Shown here piece by piece: positions 1 through 13,170 of a stretch of 64,000 nucleotides of DNA. Position 1 is the first letter of the stretch; every line of letters begins with the position of its first letter. Source of the DNA: Eledone cirrhosa (lineage: Eukaryota); NCBI GenBank assembly GCA_964016885.1, contig OZ024765.1, forward strand, positions 21,824,001-21,888,000, given 5' to 3'. A model generated the notes under the pieces. It did not search any database. It saw nothing but the letters and a program-made list of their open reading frames with translations, and was not told where the DNA came from. The translations under genes were made by a program, and so were the position numbers.

Positions 1-578
1 AGTAGACCCTTAATAATGGAATACTACTCAGTACACCCTTAATAATGGAATACTACACAGTAGACCCTTAATAATGGAATACTACACAGTAGACCCTTAA
101 TAATGGAATACTACACAGTAGACCCTTAATAATGGAATACTACACAGTAGACCCTTAATAATGGAATACTACACAGTAGACCCTTAATAATGGAATACTA
201 CTCAGTAGACCCTTAATAATGGAATACTACACAGTAGACCCTTAATAATGGAATACTACACAGTAGACCCTTAATAATGGAATACTACACAGTAGACCCT
301 TAATAATGGAATACTACACAGTAGACCCTTAATAATGGAATACTACACAGTAGACCCTTAATAATGGAATACTACACAGTAGACCCTTAATAATGGAATA
401 CTACACAGTACACCCTTAATAATGGAATACTACACAGTACACCCTTAATAATGGAATACTACACAGTAGACGCTTAATAATGGAATACTACACAGTAGAC
501 CCTTAATAATGGAATACTACACAGTAGACCCTTAATAATGGAATACTACTCAGTAGACCCTTAATAATGGAATACTAC
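1..578. repeat. 29-bp minisatellite, about 20 copies visible
   Basis: agtagacccttaataatggaatactacac. Confidence 0.95.
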
Positions 579-579
579 A

Positions 580-1240
580 ACCCAACTGAACGATTTGGCT
601 GAGAGCTCCGCAGTGTAACACCCTTTGCATGTTTATATGGGGAGTATATACCGATCATACACGTTACAACTTGTTAGTCCTGCAGGATGTCCAAAGTCAC
701 CCTCCTCACCAAGAAATCTTGGTGGGGTTGCCAGTTTAGTCAAAGGGCAAAGGAACTCCTGGGAGCTCTTAAGAGCTCTTGGAGTCAATGGCCATCCAAA
801 ACCAGCACGGCCCGCCGAAAGGCGCTGCAGTGCCGGAAAAGTCAACTTCCTGCTACTAGTATGCTGGTAAACTAGTACAACGTATCTCCAGACGGATAGA
901 GTGGGTCCGTAGCTTTGGTTAGCGACTACTCTAGTGCTTGCAACACGAACAATTAGGGCGAGGGTATAAATGCCAGGTTGGTATCTGGCGCCGGGTAACC
1001 CACCACACGGAGGAGAAAGCACCTTCTTCAAGACTTGGCTGTCAAATCCTTTCACATGTGTGTAGTAGTGGCGCCCTCACACATTATTAGCTATTTGAAA
1101 AGATGATGGATTTTGCAACTAACTGCACCAGGGTTCCTGTTCCTCAGGGAACCACACTATACGGGGGACAGGGAGTTCTGGGGCATGAGAGTGAGATCCA
1201 TCATCTCGACAGTAGTCGAAGAATGATGATGATGATGATG
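580..1240 (+). mobile_element. non-autonomous LINE-derived element with (GAT)n tail (3' end also at about 19714-19930 - and 52919-53145 -)
   Basis: shared terminal gagagtgagatccatcatctcgacagtagtcga motif plus (GAT)n in three copies. Confidence 0.55.
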
Positions 1241-2270
1241 ACAACTTGTTAGTCTTTATTTTTATAGTAAACTTCAACTTGTGCCTTATGGAACCCCTGG
1301 CCTTGTTTCACGGAACCCTAGGGTTCCGCGAAACCCACTTTGGGAACTACTGCATTAGTCACTTCATTTTCTCTCTGCATCAATGTCTCCAGCTTTCTGC
1401 ACTGCATAATTGCTACATAGACGCTGCATAGTTGCTGCACAAAAAATGTTCTGCATGTTCGTTAATAATCAGCATTTTTACTCGTTTATTGAATAATTAA
1501 TTAATTTTGTTTGTTTGTTCTCTCCTTATATTTTCTTTACATGCTCCAGCTAGGTCCAGGCCCAGCCCAGGCCATGCTGGAGCACCATGTTTGTGTTTGT
1601 TTGTTTTTTACAAATTATTATTTTCATTAATTTTTCAGAAATCTGGCTGTGTTAATTTATTAATTATTTTTGTTAGTGACTCATTACATGGAGCTTGTTA
1701 ATATTCTTTCTCTCGTTAGTAGTGAGTTTTGTGTTTTAGTAGACGTATGACTATTTGGCAGTATCGGTAGAGGGTCGGACGCTATGCTGAGATGTATCGA
1801 GTTACGGCCCTTGCCATTCTGAGTTCAAATCCCGCCGAGGTTAACTTTGCCTTTCATCCTTACGGGGTCGATAAAATAAAGTACCAGTAATGCACTGGGT
1901 AATTTCTGGCCTTGTGCCTAAAGTAGAAACAATTATTAATGAAGGTGGGTTGACAGAATTGGTAGAGTGTCGGAGAAAATGCTTTGCAGTATAGAGTTCC
2001 AGCCCTTTACGTCCTGAGTTCAAATCCCGCCGAGGTTAACTTTGCCTTTCATCCTTACGGGGTCGATAAAATAAAGTACCAGTAATGTACTGGGGTTGAG
2101 TTAATCGACTTTCCTCTCCCCCCAAATTGCTGGCCTTGTGCCTATACTAGAAATCATTATTATTATTATCTGCTACATGGCATGCTGTTGACTCTGGTTT
2201 TAATCTACTGTTTCTTTTCCTCCTCTCTCCATGTCTCCCCCCCCCCCTCTGTCTCCCCCCTCTCTCCACT

Positions 2271-2837
2271 GTAGAATTGGCAAGACTGACAATTGACAGA
2301 ATTGGTAGAATTGGTAGGACTGACAATTGACAGAATTGGTAGAATTGGTAGGACTGACAATTGACAGAATTGGTAGAATTGGTAGGACTGACAATTGACA
2401 GAATTGGTAGAATTGGTAGGACTGACAATTGACAGAATTGGTAGAATTGGTAGGACTGACAATTGGTAGAATTGGCAAGACTGACAATTGACAGAATTGG
2501 TCGGACTGACAATTGACAGAATTGGCAGGACTGACAATTGGTAGAATTGGCAAGACTGACAATTGGTAGAATTGGCAGGACTGACAATTGACAGAATTGG
2601 CAGGACTGACAATTGGTAGAATTGGCAGGACTGACAATTGACAGAATTGGTCGGACTGACAATTGACAGAATTGGTCGGACTGACAATTGGTAGAATTGG
2701 CAGGACTGACAATTGACAGAATTGGCAGGACTGACAATTGGTAGAATTGGCAGGACTGACAATTGGTAGAATTGGCAAGACTGACAATTGGTAGAATTGG
2801 CAGGACTGACAATTGGTAGAATTGGCAGGACTGACAG
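2271..2837. repeat. 25/34-bp minisatellite derived from SINE head
   Basis: gactgacaattgacagaattggcag; runs directly into SINE B box. Confidence 0.9.
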
Positions 2838-3107
2838 AGTTCAAATCCTTCTGAGGTTAACTTTGCCTTTCATTCTTACGGGGTTAATAAAATAAAGTAC
2901 CAGTCATGTACTGGTGTCAATTTAATCGACTTTTCCCCCAAAAAATTGCTGGCCTTGTGCCTATATCCGAAACCATTGAATGTTTTATATTTTCTCTTTC
3001 TTTATATTTTATTTTACCCCTTATTTATGTTGATGAAACCCTAAAGTTTGCTTCTGTCTCCTGAATGATTTCTTGGGGGGTTTGTTTCATTTTTGTTTAT
3101 TTTAGCT

Positions 3108-4120
3108 CAGAGGTTCTCAAACTATTGGGGCCACTGCCCGGTCACGTAATACCCCCCCCCCCCCCACCTCACCCCTATTTTCAAACAGACCTACCTACAC
3201 ACAAATTGTAAATAATATATAATAAATAAAATCGTTAATTTATATATAATAAATAATATATATATATTAATGCTGTGTGCAGGAGAGGCGGTTGCGTTGG
3301 TATGGACATGTGATGCGTATGAAGGATGACGGCTGCATAAAAAGGTGCAGAGCACTAGAAGTCAATGGAAACCGCGGAGTGGGGAGACCCAAGAATACCT
3401 GGGATGAGGTGATAAAAGCCGACCTTACCCAATTACACCTCTCAAAGGCGATGACACACGACCGTGACCTCTGGCGTCACGCAGTAATACAGAGTACCCG
3501 ACCTCCCATGGGTACAAGCTGAAGCATATAGATAATATGCCCCTACACCCTCCCACTGCAAGGTGGTCGTGGAGGTGCCACGGCAAAAAAGCAACCAGCA
3601 CTCACTGTAAAGTCGACGTGTACGCACCACGGAAAAAAGCACCCAGCACTCACTGTAAATGAGGTTGGTGTTAGGAAGGGCATCCAGCTGTAGAAATCTA
3701 GCCAGAATCAGTTCCCGTCCCACCCTTGCAAGCAGGGAAAAGTGGACGTAAAATGATGATGATGATGATGATTATATCATCTCTGTGAAGGCACATGGCT
3801 GAGTGGTTAGAGAATTGGATTCACAATTGTGAGGCTATGAGTTCGATTCCTGGACCAGGTGATGTGTTATGTCCTTGGGCAAGACACTTTATTTCACGTT
3901 GCTCCTTCTACCTGGAGTTGCGACCGATAGATAGTATTAGCAACTGGAAAGACCAACGGAAACATTGTTTCCTCGGTCCGATTCGATGAAAGCTGATCGA
4001 CTGTCGATATCATCTCTACCCCCCCCCCCCCCTCCATAAGACCCCCAACACCTCCCTGGACATTCTAAACGCCCCCCCCCCCTCCCAGGAGGGCAGTAGA
4101 GCCTATTTTGAGATCCTCTG
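3108..4120. mobile_element. hAT-like MITE with nested RTE and SINE
   Basis: TIRs cagaggttctcaa / ttgagatcctctg; 8-bp flanks ttttagct / atttagct (7/8 match). Confidence 0.65.
3270..3775 (+). mobile_element. RTE 3' end fragment
   Basis: [17 protein letters not shown]...GRPKNTW, 3' UTR, (GAT)n tail; follows AT-rich tract. Confidence 0.9.
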
Positions 4121-4224
4121 ATTTAGCTGCTGCTGTTGTTGTTGTTATTGTTGTTTATTTTCCAAGTAGTTTATCTTTATTTGTGTGGTTTGGTTGTTGT
4201 ATTTTCTGTATATATTGCATGTAG

Positions 4225-4311
4225 GGGAAGATTAGTGCCAGTGTGGTTGGAACTATGGTGGGAATGCAGGGAGAAGAGATACAAAGGATGGCTTCTGAAT
4301 ATGCTGACAAA
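4225..4311 (+). CDS. CCDC93: CCDC93 coding exon (first visible; gene starts upstream of window)
   Basis: tag acceptor, gtaagt donor; GKISASVVGTMVGMQGEEIQRMASEYADK resembles vertebrate CCDC93 (RLTASSVGQIVG...EYAEK); not in ORF track. Confidence 0.88.
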
Positions 4312-4540
4312 GTAAGTTGTTATATCAAACATGACATGTCTGTATATATATATATATATATGTGTATATAATATGTATATATATATATATATATACGTTA
4401 TTCCGGGTTGAATCGGAGGTAACAACAGTAAGTAAGGTACTCAATAGATTGCAGAGTATAAAAGTTTTAATATAGATGAGATCCTGATGATTTCTAAAGA
4501 ATGAAACAGTTCTAGTCCTGTAGAATCTCATCTATATTAA

Positions 4541-4544
<4 letters not shown>

Positions 4545-4596
<52 letters not shown>

Positions 4597-4700
4597 ATAT
4601 ATATATGTATATATCTATATGTATGTATATGCATATATGCATATGTATATATGTATATATATATGTATATGTATGTATATGCATATATGCGTATGTATAT

Positions 4701-4731
<31 letters not shown>

Positions 4732-4991
4732 TGTATATGCATATGTGTATGTATGTATGTATATATATATGTATGTATATATATATATATGTATATCTAT
4801 GTATATGCATATGCGTATGTATATATATGTATATGTATGCATATGCGTATGTATATATATATGTATATGTATGCATATACGTATATATATATATGTATAT
4901 GTATGTATATATATACATGTATGTATATATATACATGTATATACATATGTATGTATGTATATACAAACATATATATATATATACTTATGCA

Positions 4992-5043
<52 letters not shown>

Positions 5044-5175
5044 CAGACATATATATATATATACAAACACACACACACACACATATATATATATACACAC
5101 ACATGCATATATATACACACACACGCACGTTTATATATACACATACACACACATATATATATATTATATATATAT
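4545..5175. repeat. complex (TA)n/(TATG)n/(CA)n microsatellite; many similar tracts across the window
   Basis: direct inspection. Confidence 0.95.
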
Positions 5176-5297
5176 GAGTTTCGGAAGATCCTGTTAAGAG
5201 TGAAAGCAGCGATTTCTTTTGCTTAAACTTTATTCTGTTCTTATAATAAATATGTGTTCTACGGGTTTATATATATATATATATATATATATGAGGG

Positions 5298-5330
<33 letters not shown>

Positions 5331-5649
5331 CGATATTAATATATATATATATACGATATTAATAAATGGAAACTATATTTATAAAACCATATTTATTTCA
5401 TTATACATATTTCAGAGATACCACATTAAATTATGGTATGCCTTCATCAGACAAAATACAATATATAACAGTTTTGTTCTTTTCTCTCTCTCCGTCTTTT
5501 TTCTTTTTCTTTCTCTCCGTCTTTTTCTAATTGTGCTTAACACTATGACTTATTATATAAACAAATCACTATCCAGACAGCCTCCAAAAGTAATGGTTGT
5601 ATTTTAAAAGGGTACGTCAAAGCTATTTGTAAAACTGTTATATATTGTA

Positions 5650-5710
5650 TTTTGTCTGATGAAGGCACACCATAATTTAATGTGGTATCCCTGAAATATG
5701 TATAATGAAA
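5650..5710 (+). ncRNA. hammerhead ribozyme motif (mirror copy on - strand at about 5396-5456)
   Basis: CTGATGA at 5656, stem II accata/tgtggt, GAAA at 5693. Confidence 0.6.
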
Positions 5711-5843
5711 TAAATATGGTTTTATAAATATAGTTTCCATTTATTAATATCGTATATCTACTCCAAAAATTTGTCGAGTGCTTTATATCAGTTATAAAAA
5801 TATTTACTTGTTGTATCCCAACAACTTTAAATAGAACTTTTGC

Positions 5844-5881
<38 letters not shown>

Positions 5882-6087
5882 AAGTTAAATAAAAGTCAAA
5901 TGATTAAAATTTAGCTTCGTTTTTTACTGCTATATATATTTCAGTGACAGCCATCTTTGGCTGTGACCTCTTCAGGCAGTTTGAATTAGTATGGTATAGA
6001 CAAATACATATGTTGTTGAGGTGTATAATATTGTCAATATTATACACCTCAACAACATATGTACTTGTCTATACCACACTAATTCGG

Positions 6088-6142
6088 ACTGCCTGAAGAG
6101 GTCATAGCCAAAGATGGCTGTCACTGAAATATATATAGCAGT
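6088..6142 (+). ncRNA. minimal type I hammerhead ribozyme motif (mirror copy on - strand at about 5926-5980)
   Basis: actgc CTGAAGA ggtc-atagcca/aaga/tggctgt-cact GAAA tatatata gcagt; stem I actgc/gcagt. Confidence 0.7.
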
Positions 6143-6438
6143 AATAAACGAAGCTAAATTTTAATCATTTGACTTTTATTTAACTTTATTTTACACTACT
6201 CCGGAGTAACCAAACCAACGCGCACTTCGTCGAGTGCTCCAGCCTGCATACTGAGGTGTTGGTATACAACCAACATATACTCAAAATCTCTCTCTATATA
6301 TATATATATAACCCTTATTGAGCCCTCTTCGGATTTTAGTCTTCACATTTATTACTATATATATATATATATATATAAAGTTGTGAGGTACCAGTGATAT
6401 ATGAGGGTTTAATATCAATAGTTGTGAAATATTTTCAG

Positions 6439-6552
6439 CAATCAGAACTGGGACAACTTGAGAAAGGTGAAACAGCTGGTGTCCCACATCATAAGAGACT
6501 CGTTGCAGCCCTTAATAAGCAGGTGCAACAACAAAAGACAATCCAGGAACAG
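6439..6552 (+). CDS. CCDC93: CCDC93 coding exon
   Basis: tttcag acceptor, gtaagt donor; QSELGQLEKGETAGVPHHKRLVAALNKQVQQQKTIQEQ; phase 0-0. Confidence 0.9.
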
Positions 6553-6592
6553 GTAAGTACATTTCACATATATATATATGTATATATATATG

Positions 6593-6626
<34 letters not shown>

Positions 6627-6754
6627 TCATGCATATCAAGGCTCGATCTGGCTTGACTCTGGAATCAAAAGCTTGGACTTCTGTTATGGTGACCGTACAG
6701 TAACTGGACGTTACAATCCTTAAATATAGATATATATATAAAAAAAATAATAAT

Positions 6755-7675
6755 AAAATTATTGTGTACAGTGCTCAGGTGCACTACAACTCATCAAAGG
6801 TGCATGTATAGTACACAGAATAATGTACAAATGTCAGGGAAGTGAACAGTGTATGAGTCATGATAAACACACAGATACATGTGTGTGTATGGAGGGGGGA
6901 TATCAGGTGTAGTGTTGGTGAATTACTGGAAGTATGGAGGTTTTAAAGGATGCAGTGTCTCGACAGCTAACAACTGATGCAGGCAGTTTGTTCCATGGAG
7001 GTTTTAAAGGATGCAGTGTCTCGACAGCTAACAACTGATGCAGGGAGTTTGTTCCATGGAGGTTTTAAAGGATGCAGTGTCTCGACAGCTAACAACTGAT
7101 GCAGGGAGTTTGTTCCATGGAGGTTTTAAAGGATGCAGTGTCTCGACAGCTAACAACCGATGTAGGGAGTTTATTCCATGGAGGTTTTAAAGGATGTAGT
7201 GTCTCGACAGGTAACAACTGATGCAGGGAGTTTGTTCCATGGAGGTTTTAAAGGATGCAGTGTCTCGACAGCTAACAACCGATGTAGGGAGTTTATTCCA
7301 TGGAGGTTTTAAAGGATGCAGTGTCTCGACAGCTAACAACCGATGTAGGGAGTTTATTCCATGGAGGTTTTAAAGGATGCAGTGTCTCGACAGCTAACAA
7401 CTGATGCAGGGAGTTTATTCCATGGAGGTTTTAAAGGATGCAGTGTCTCGACAGCTAACAACCGATGTAGGGAGTTTATTCCATGGAGGTTTTAAAGGAT
7501 GCAGTGTCTCGACAGCTAACAACCGATGTAGGGAGTTTGTTCCATGGAGGTTCTAAAGGATGCAGTGTCTCGACAGGTAACAACTGATGCAGGGAGTTTG
7601 TTTCATGTTTCAGCAACTCTGAGCGTGAAGAAATGTTTCTGAAAGTCATGGGAGCCTTGCTGTTTTCTGACTTTG
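6755..7675 (-). mobile_element. CR1-like LINE 3' end with ~11 x 61-bp tandem array
   Basis: minus strand encodes HDF.KHFF.LRVA..WNKLPASVVSCRDTASFKTSM, typical CR1 ORF2 C-terminus. Confidence 0.75.
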
Positions 7676-7691
7676 TTATCTTGTGTTGCAG

Positions 7692-7754
7692 ATGAAAACC
7701 AAACATGAACAACTTCAGGAAGAATATTTGGAGACTCAGAATAACCTTGAAACG
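7692..7754 (+). CDS. CCDC93: CCDC93 coding exon
   Basis: tgcag acceptor, gtaaca donor; MKTKHEQLQEEYLETQNNLET, coiled-coil, phase 0-0. Confidence 0.85.
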
Positions 7755-8015
7755 GTAACATCTTGGACTCTCTCTCTCACACTCTCTATTTCTATACATT
7801 TATATATCTTTCTCTCTCACTCTCTTTCTCTCTGTCTCTCTCTCTCTCTACCTCACACTCTCTCATACTCCTTCTCTCACACAATAAGCTACACCCTGTA
7901 CCATTATCTCTCTCTATCACTATCTCTCGCCATTATCTATCTCTCTCTCTATCTATCTATGTCTCTCTCTCATCACACAATACGCCCTGTACACTCTGTA
8001 CAATTATCCTTGCAG

Positions 8016-8089
8016 CTTCTACAACGTTGTGAAAAAATAGACGAGGAAATGAACAAAGTCAGTGAAGTTGAGACATCCGACAATCAAGG
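8016..8089 (+). CDS. CCDC93: CCDC93 coding exon
   Basis: tgcag acceptor, gtttgt donor; LLQRCEKIDEEMNKVSEVETSDNQG; phase 2 matches next exon. Confidence 0.85.
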
Positions 8090-8179
8090 GTTTGTAATGT
8101 GTACCTGCTATATACTGGGGTTCACCCTCAGTCACTTTAACCCTTTCATTACCATATTTCTTATGTAACTTTAATGCTA

Positions 8180-8602
8180 ACATCATCACCACCACCATCA
8201 TCACTAACACCACCACCATCACCACGATCACCACCACTACCACCGCCACCACCACCAACACCATCATCATCACCACCACCATCACCACCTCTACCACCAC
8301 CACCACCACCACCATCACCACCTCTACCACCACCACCACCTCTACCACCACCAATACCATCATCACTACCATCACCACCACCACCACCATCACCACCACC
8401 ACCATCACCACCACCACCACCACCACCATCACCACCACCACCATCACCACCACCACCACCACATCACCACCACCACCACCAACACCACCACCACACCATC
8501 ATCATCACTACTACCACAACCACCACATCACCATCATCACCGCCACCACCACTACCACCACCACCACCACCACCACCACCACCACACCATCATCATCATC
8601 AC
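8180..8602. repeat. (CAC/CAT)n low-complexity tract
   Basis: direct inspection. Confidence 0.95.
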
Positions 8603-8620
8603 TATATCTTTCTATTGCAG

Positions 8621-8702
8621 AGTACTTGAAGAATTGAGGAATTTAGTTGCGATGAATGAAAATCTAAAGAAACAGGAGCAAGAGTTCAAATCCCACTGCA
8701 AG
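8621..8702 (+). CDS. CCDC93: CCDC93 coding exon
   Basis: VLEELRNLVAMNENLKKQEQEFKSHCK matches the conserved LVAMNENLKSQEQEFKAHC motif. Confidence 0.95.
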
Positions 8703-8765
8703 GTTGGTCTGCTATGTAACTCCCCCACATTGGTACTGTGTAACCCCCCCCCCCCCCCACACCCT

Positions 8766-9885
8766 GGAATATCAGGTGTAGTGTTGGCGAATTTCAGGAA
8801 TCATGGAGGTTTTAACCCTTTAGCATTTAAACTGGCCATATCCGGCCAGAATTCTCTCACCTCTTTCTGTTCAAACTGGCCATAACTGGCTGCTCATACT
8901 TATGTTAAGGTATTGTTCTCAAAATAAATAATATCTAAATCTCATGGATTCAATATTATGTGAGATAAAGTGTTTACCGTGGAAATACCATAATATATAT
9001 AGAGTAATGTAAATACTAAAGGTTTAAAGGATGCAGTGTCTCGACAGCTAACAACTGATGCAGGTAGTTTGTTCCATGGAGGTTTTAAAGGATGCAGTGT
9101 CTCGACAGCTAACAACTGATGCAGTGAGTTTGTTCCATGGAGGTTTTAAAGGATGCAGTGTCTCGACAGCTAACAACTGATGCAGTGAGTTTGTTCCATG
9201 GAGGTTTTAAAGGATGCAGTGTCTCGACAGCTAACAACTGATGCAGGTAGTTTGTTCCATGGAGGTTTTAAAGGATGCAGTGTCTCGACAGCTAACAACT
9301 GATGCAGGTAGTTTGTTCCATGGAGCTTTTAAAGGATGCAGTGTCTCGACAGCTAACAACTGATGCAGGTAGTTTGTTCCATGGAGATTTTAAAGGATGC
9401 AGTGTCTCGACAGCTAACAACTGATGCAGGTAGTTTGTTCCATGGAGGTTTTAAAGGATGCAGTGTCTCGACAGCTAACAACTGATGCAGGTAGTTTGTT
9501 CCATGGAGGTTTTAAAGGATGCAGTGTCTCGACAGCTAACAACTGATGCAGGTAGTTTGTTCCATGGAGGTTTTAAAGGATGCAGTGTCTCGACAGCTAA
9601 CAACTGATGCAGGTAGTTTGTTCCATGCTTCAGCAACTCTGAGCATGAAAAATGTTTCTGAAAGTCATGGGAGCTGTGCTGTTTTCTGACTTTGTAGGCA
9701 TGTGCACAGGTGACATATGGAATTCAAAAAGGTACTCGGGGTTGTTGTTGGAAAGATGGTTAATAATTTTGTGGGTGTCCACCAAGTCAGTTGCCAGACA
9801 TCAGAGCTTTAATGTATCCATGTCCAGGGAAGCAGTGTCCTGACAGCTAACAACTGATGCAGGTAGTTAGTTCCATGCTTCAGGT
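8766..9885 (-). mobile_element. CR1-like LINE 3' end with ~10 x 61-bp array, interrupted by a MITE
   Basis: same 61-bp unit and flanks as 6755-7675. Confidence 0.75.
8816..9022. mobile_element. piggyBac/Kolobok-like MITE at TTAA
   Basis: ttaa|ccctttagcattta ... taaatactaaaggt|ttaa; same left end near 44432, 46496 and 63934. Confidence 0.6.
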
Positions 9886-10011
9886 GTTAAAACATTGTTT
9901 CCTTGGTCTGATCTGATGATCAGCCCCGTTTCCTATTTGACCCACCATTAAGACCCTGTTGTACATAAATAATTTGATGTGAAGCCCTAAACATGTATAT
10001 TGGAATTTCAG

Positions 10012-10086
10012 GAGGAAATGTCAAGATTGAAACAGAATATTCAGAAATTGAAGGATGAAAATAAAGATGATGAATCCGATGATAAG
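10012..10086 (+). CDS. CCDC93: CCDC93 coding exon
   Basis: ttcag acceptor, gtaagg donor; EEMSRLKQNIQKLKDENKDDESDDK. Confidence 0.9.
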
Positions 10087-10569
10087 GTAAGGGGTGTATA
10101 CACACACACACACATATGTATAATAGACATACATATATATGTGCATCTCTGTGTCTTTATTTGTCTATCCATCTTCCCCCTCTCTCTCACTATCTATCTA
10201 TCTGTCTGTATATCTATTTATCTATCTGGGTGGGTGAATGAAGCGAAAATGGCTCGAGTGATTGGGCCTTCTCTGTTTATAAGCCTGTAGGTTGAGGAAG
10301 AGAGCAAAAGGAAGAAAGGAGCACTTGCACAACACGCTCCTCGAGTTGAGGGTTGTTCTATCGACGGGGTATTAAACAACCCATTTGTGGCGCCTCCCCC
10401 CTTTTGGGGATTTCGATTGTTGAAATTGTTTGTTTTTATATTTTTTACACGACTGTATGTAAAATCCCCGGCATGTCTTTGTATTGTCCCCTTTCTTGTT
10501 GCGCCCTTGTGGCTAATAAAGAAATCTATCTATCTATCTACCTACACCTCTATCTGTCTATCTCTATAG

Positions 10570-10641
10570 CAACGTGTGTCCCTCATAGAGAGCCAGTACG
10601 AGGCAGACAAGGAGAAATTAAAGAAGATAAAGCTATTACAG
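10570..10641 (+). CDS. CCDC93: CCDC93 coding exon
   Basis: tatag acceptor, gtgagg donor; QRVSLIESQYEADKEKLKKIKLLQ. Confidence 0.9.
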
Positions 10642-10704
10642 GTGAGGACCTTTACAACTAATTATCTCATTAACTCGCCTTTAAACACACCCCCATATAT
10701 ATAT

Positions 10705-11278
10705 ACATCATCATCATCACCGTTTTACGTCCGTTCTTCCAGGCTAGCATGGGTTAGACGGGTTGTCCTGTTGTGGGCAGTATCTGGTCGGCTGATCATA
10801 CCTTGCTCATACAGGAACTGATTTGGCTTGATTTCTACAGCTGGATGCCCTTCCTAACACCAACCTCATTTACAGTGAGTGCTGGGTGCTTTTTTCCGTG
10901 GTGCCTACACGTCCACTTTACAGTGTGGGCTGGGTGCTTTTTTGCCGTGGCACCTCCACGACCACCTTGCAGTGGGAGGGTGTGGGGGCATATTGTCTAT
11001 ATGCTTCAGCTTGTACCCGTGGGAGGTCGGGTACTCTGTATTACTGCGTGACGCCAGAGGTCACGGTCGTGTGTCATCGCCTTTGAGAGGTGTAATTGGG
11101 TAAGGTCGGCTTTTATCACCTCATCCCAGGTCTTCTTGGGTCTCCCCACTCCGCAGTTTCCATTGACTTCTAGTGCTCTGCACCTTTTTATGCAGCTGTC
11201 ATCCTTCATACGCATCACATGTCCATACCAGCGCAACCGCCTCTCCTGCACACAGCATTTGATTCCTCTTATGTTCAG

Positions 11279-11280
<2 letters not shown>
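10705..11280 (-). mobile_element. RTE 3' end fragment
   Basis: near-identical to the 3' end of 47085-48832; flanked by (TA)n. Confidence 0.9.
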
Positions 11281-11313
<33 letters not shown>

Positions 11314-11983
11314 CTATATATATATCTATATATATATATATATATATATAATCCTAGTAAGATTGTACGCATTTCTTCTAACTTTAATTTTATACCTAAT
11401 TGTGTATGGTTGACGGTATATTTGGTCGATTTCCACATGCTGTTGAAATGTTGGGTAAATATTCTATGGCGGTCGGCCGCGAAGAGGCTGCTGTCGTTTA
11501 TTTATTTAATATTTCTTCAGAGATGCCTTTTAATCTTATAGCCTGGTCTAATTGATTTTTTATGTGGTTGATTATGCTAATTGGGAGAGGAAATGGTGTA
11601 TATATATTATCAAATGATTCTATGGACATGCTCTATAGTATATCATCATCATCATTTCATTTTACGTCCTCTTTTTCCCTGCTTGCAAGGGTGGGAAGGG
11701 AACTGATTCTGGCTTGATTTCTACAGCTGGATGCCCTTCCTAACACCAACCTCATTTACAGTGAGTGCTGGGTGCTTTTTTGCCGTGGTACCTCCACGAC
11801 CACTTTGCAGTGGAATGATAGGGACCCCAGTCTCTATCATCTCATTTCTACAGCTGAGTAAACTGGAGCAATGTGAAATAAAGTGTCTTGCTCAAGGAAA
11901 CAACACATCACCCGGTCTGAGATTGAACACACAACCTTTCGATTGCAAGGCCAATGCTATAACCACTAAGCCATGTGCCTCCA

Positions 11984-12161
<178 letters not shown>

Positions 12162-12210
12162 CATACACACCTATATATATATATATATACACCTATCTCT
12201 CTATTTCCAG

Positions 12211-12319
12211 GCTAAGTCCAGCCGTGATATTGCTATTCTACAACGAAACATTGATGAGGTTCCATCTCGTGTGGAACTGAGTCAATATCAGAAACGTTTC
12301 TTGGAACTCTACAACCAAG
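12211..12319 (+). CDS. CCDC93: CCDC93 coding exon
   Basis: [36 protein letters not shown], the conserved IDEVPSR.EL.QYQKRF motif. Confidence 0.95.
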
Positions 12320-12337
12320 GTAGGTCTTGTTGTTAGA

Positions 12338-13170
12338 GGTGGTGGTGGTGGTGTGGGGTGGTGGTGTGGTGGGGTGGTGGTGGTGTGGGGTGGTGGTATG
12401 GTGAGGGGGGTAAGGTGGTGGTGGTGGTGGTAAGGTGGGGTAAGGAGAGGTGGTGGTAATCACACCACCACCACTACCACCACCACAATCACACCACCAC
12501 TACCACAATCACACTACCACTACCACCACCACCACACCACCACAATCACACCTCCACCACGACCACAATCACACCCCCACCACCACCACAATCACACCAC
12601 CACTACCACAATCATACCCCCACCACTACCACCACCACAATCACACCACCACTACCACAATCACACTACCACTACCACCAACACCACCACCACACCACCA
12701 CCACTACCACAATCACACCCCCACCACGACCACAATCACACTACCACCACTACCACAATCACACTACCACCACTACCACAATCACACCCCCACCACGACC
12801 ACAATCACACCCCCACCACTACCACAATCACACCACCACCACTACCACAATCACACCATCACCACTACCACAATCCCACCACAATCACACCACCACCACC
12901 ACCACAATCACACCACCACCACTACCACAATCACACCACCATCACAACCACAATCACACTACCACCACCACCACAATCACACCACTACCACAATCACACC
13001 CCCACCACTACCACAATCACACCCCCACCACTACCACAATCACACCACCACTACCACCACCACCACCACCACCACAATCACACCACTACTACCACAATCA
13101 CACCACTACCACTACCATCACTACCACCATCACCACCACCACCACCACATTAACCACTATCATCAGCAGC
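12338..13170. repeat. (GGT)n tract followed by (CAC)n/CACAAT tract
   Basis: polarity switch near 12458. Confidence 0.95.

Noticed and set aside
625-1055. Short ORFs as host genes
   Set aside because: No recognisable motif; they lie in a LINE-derived non-autonomous element.
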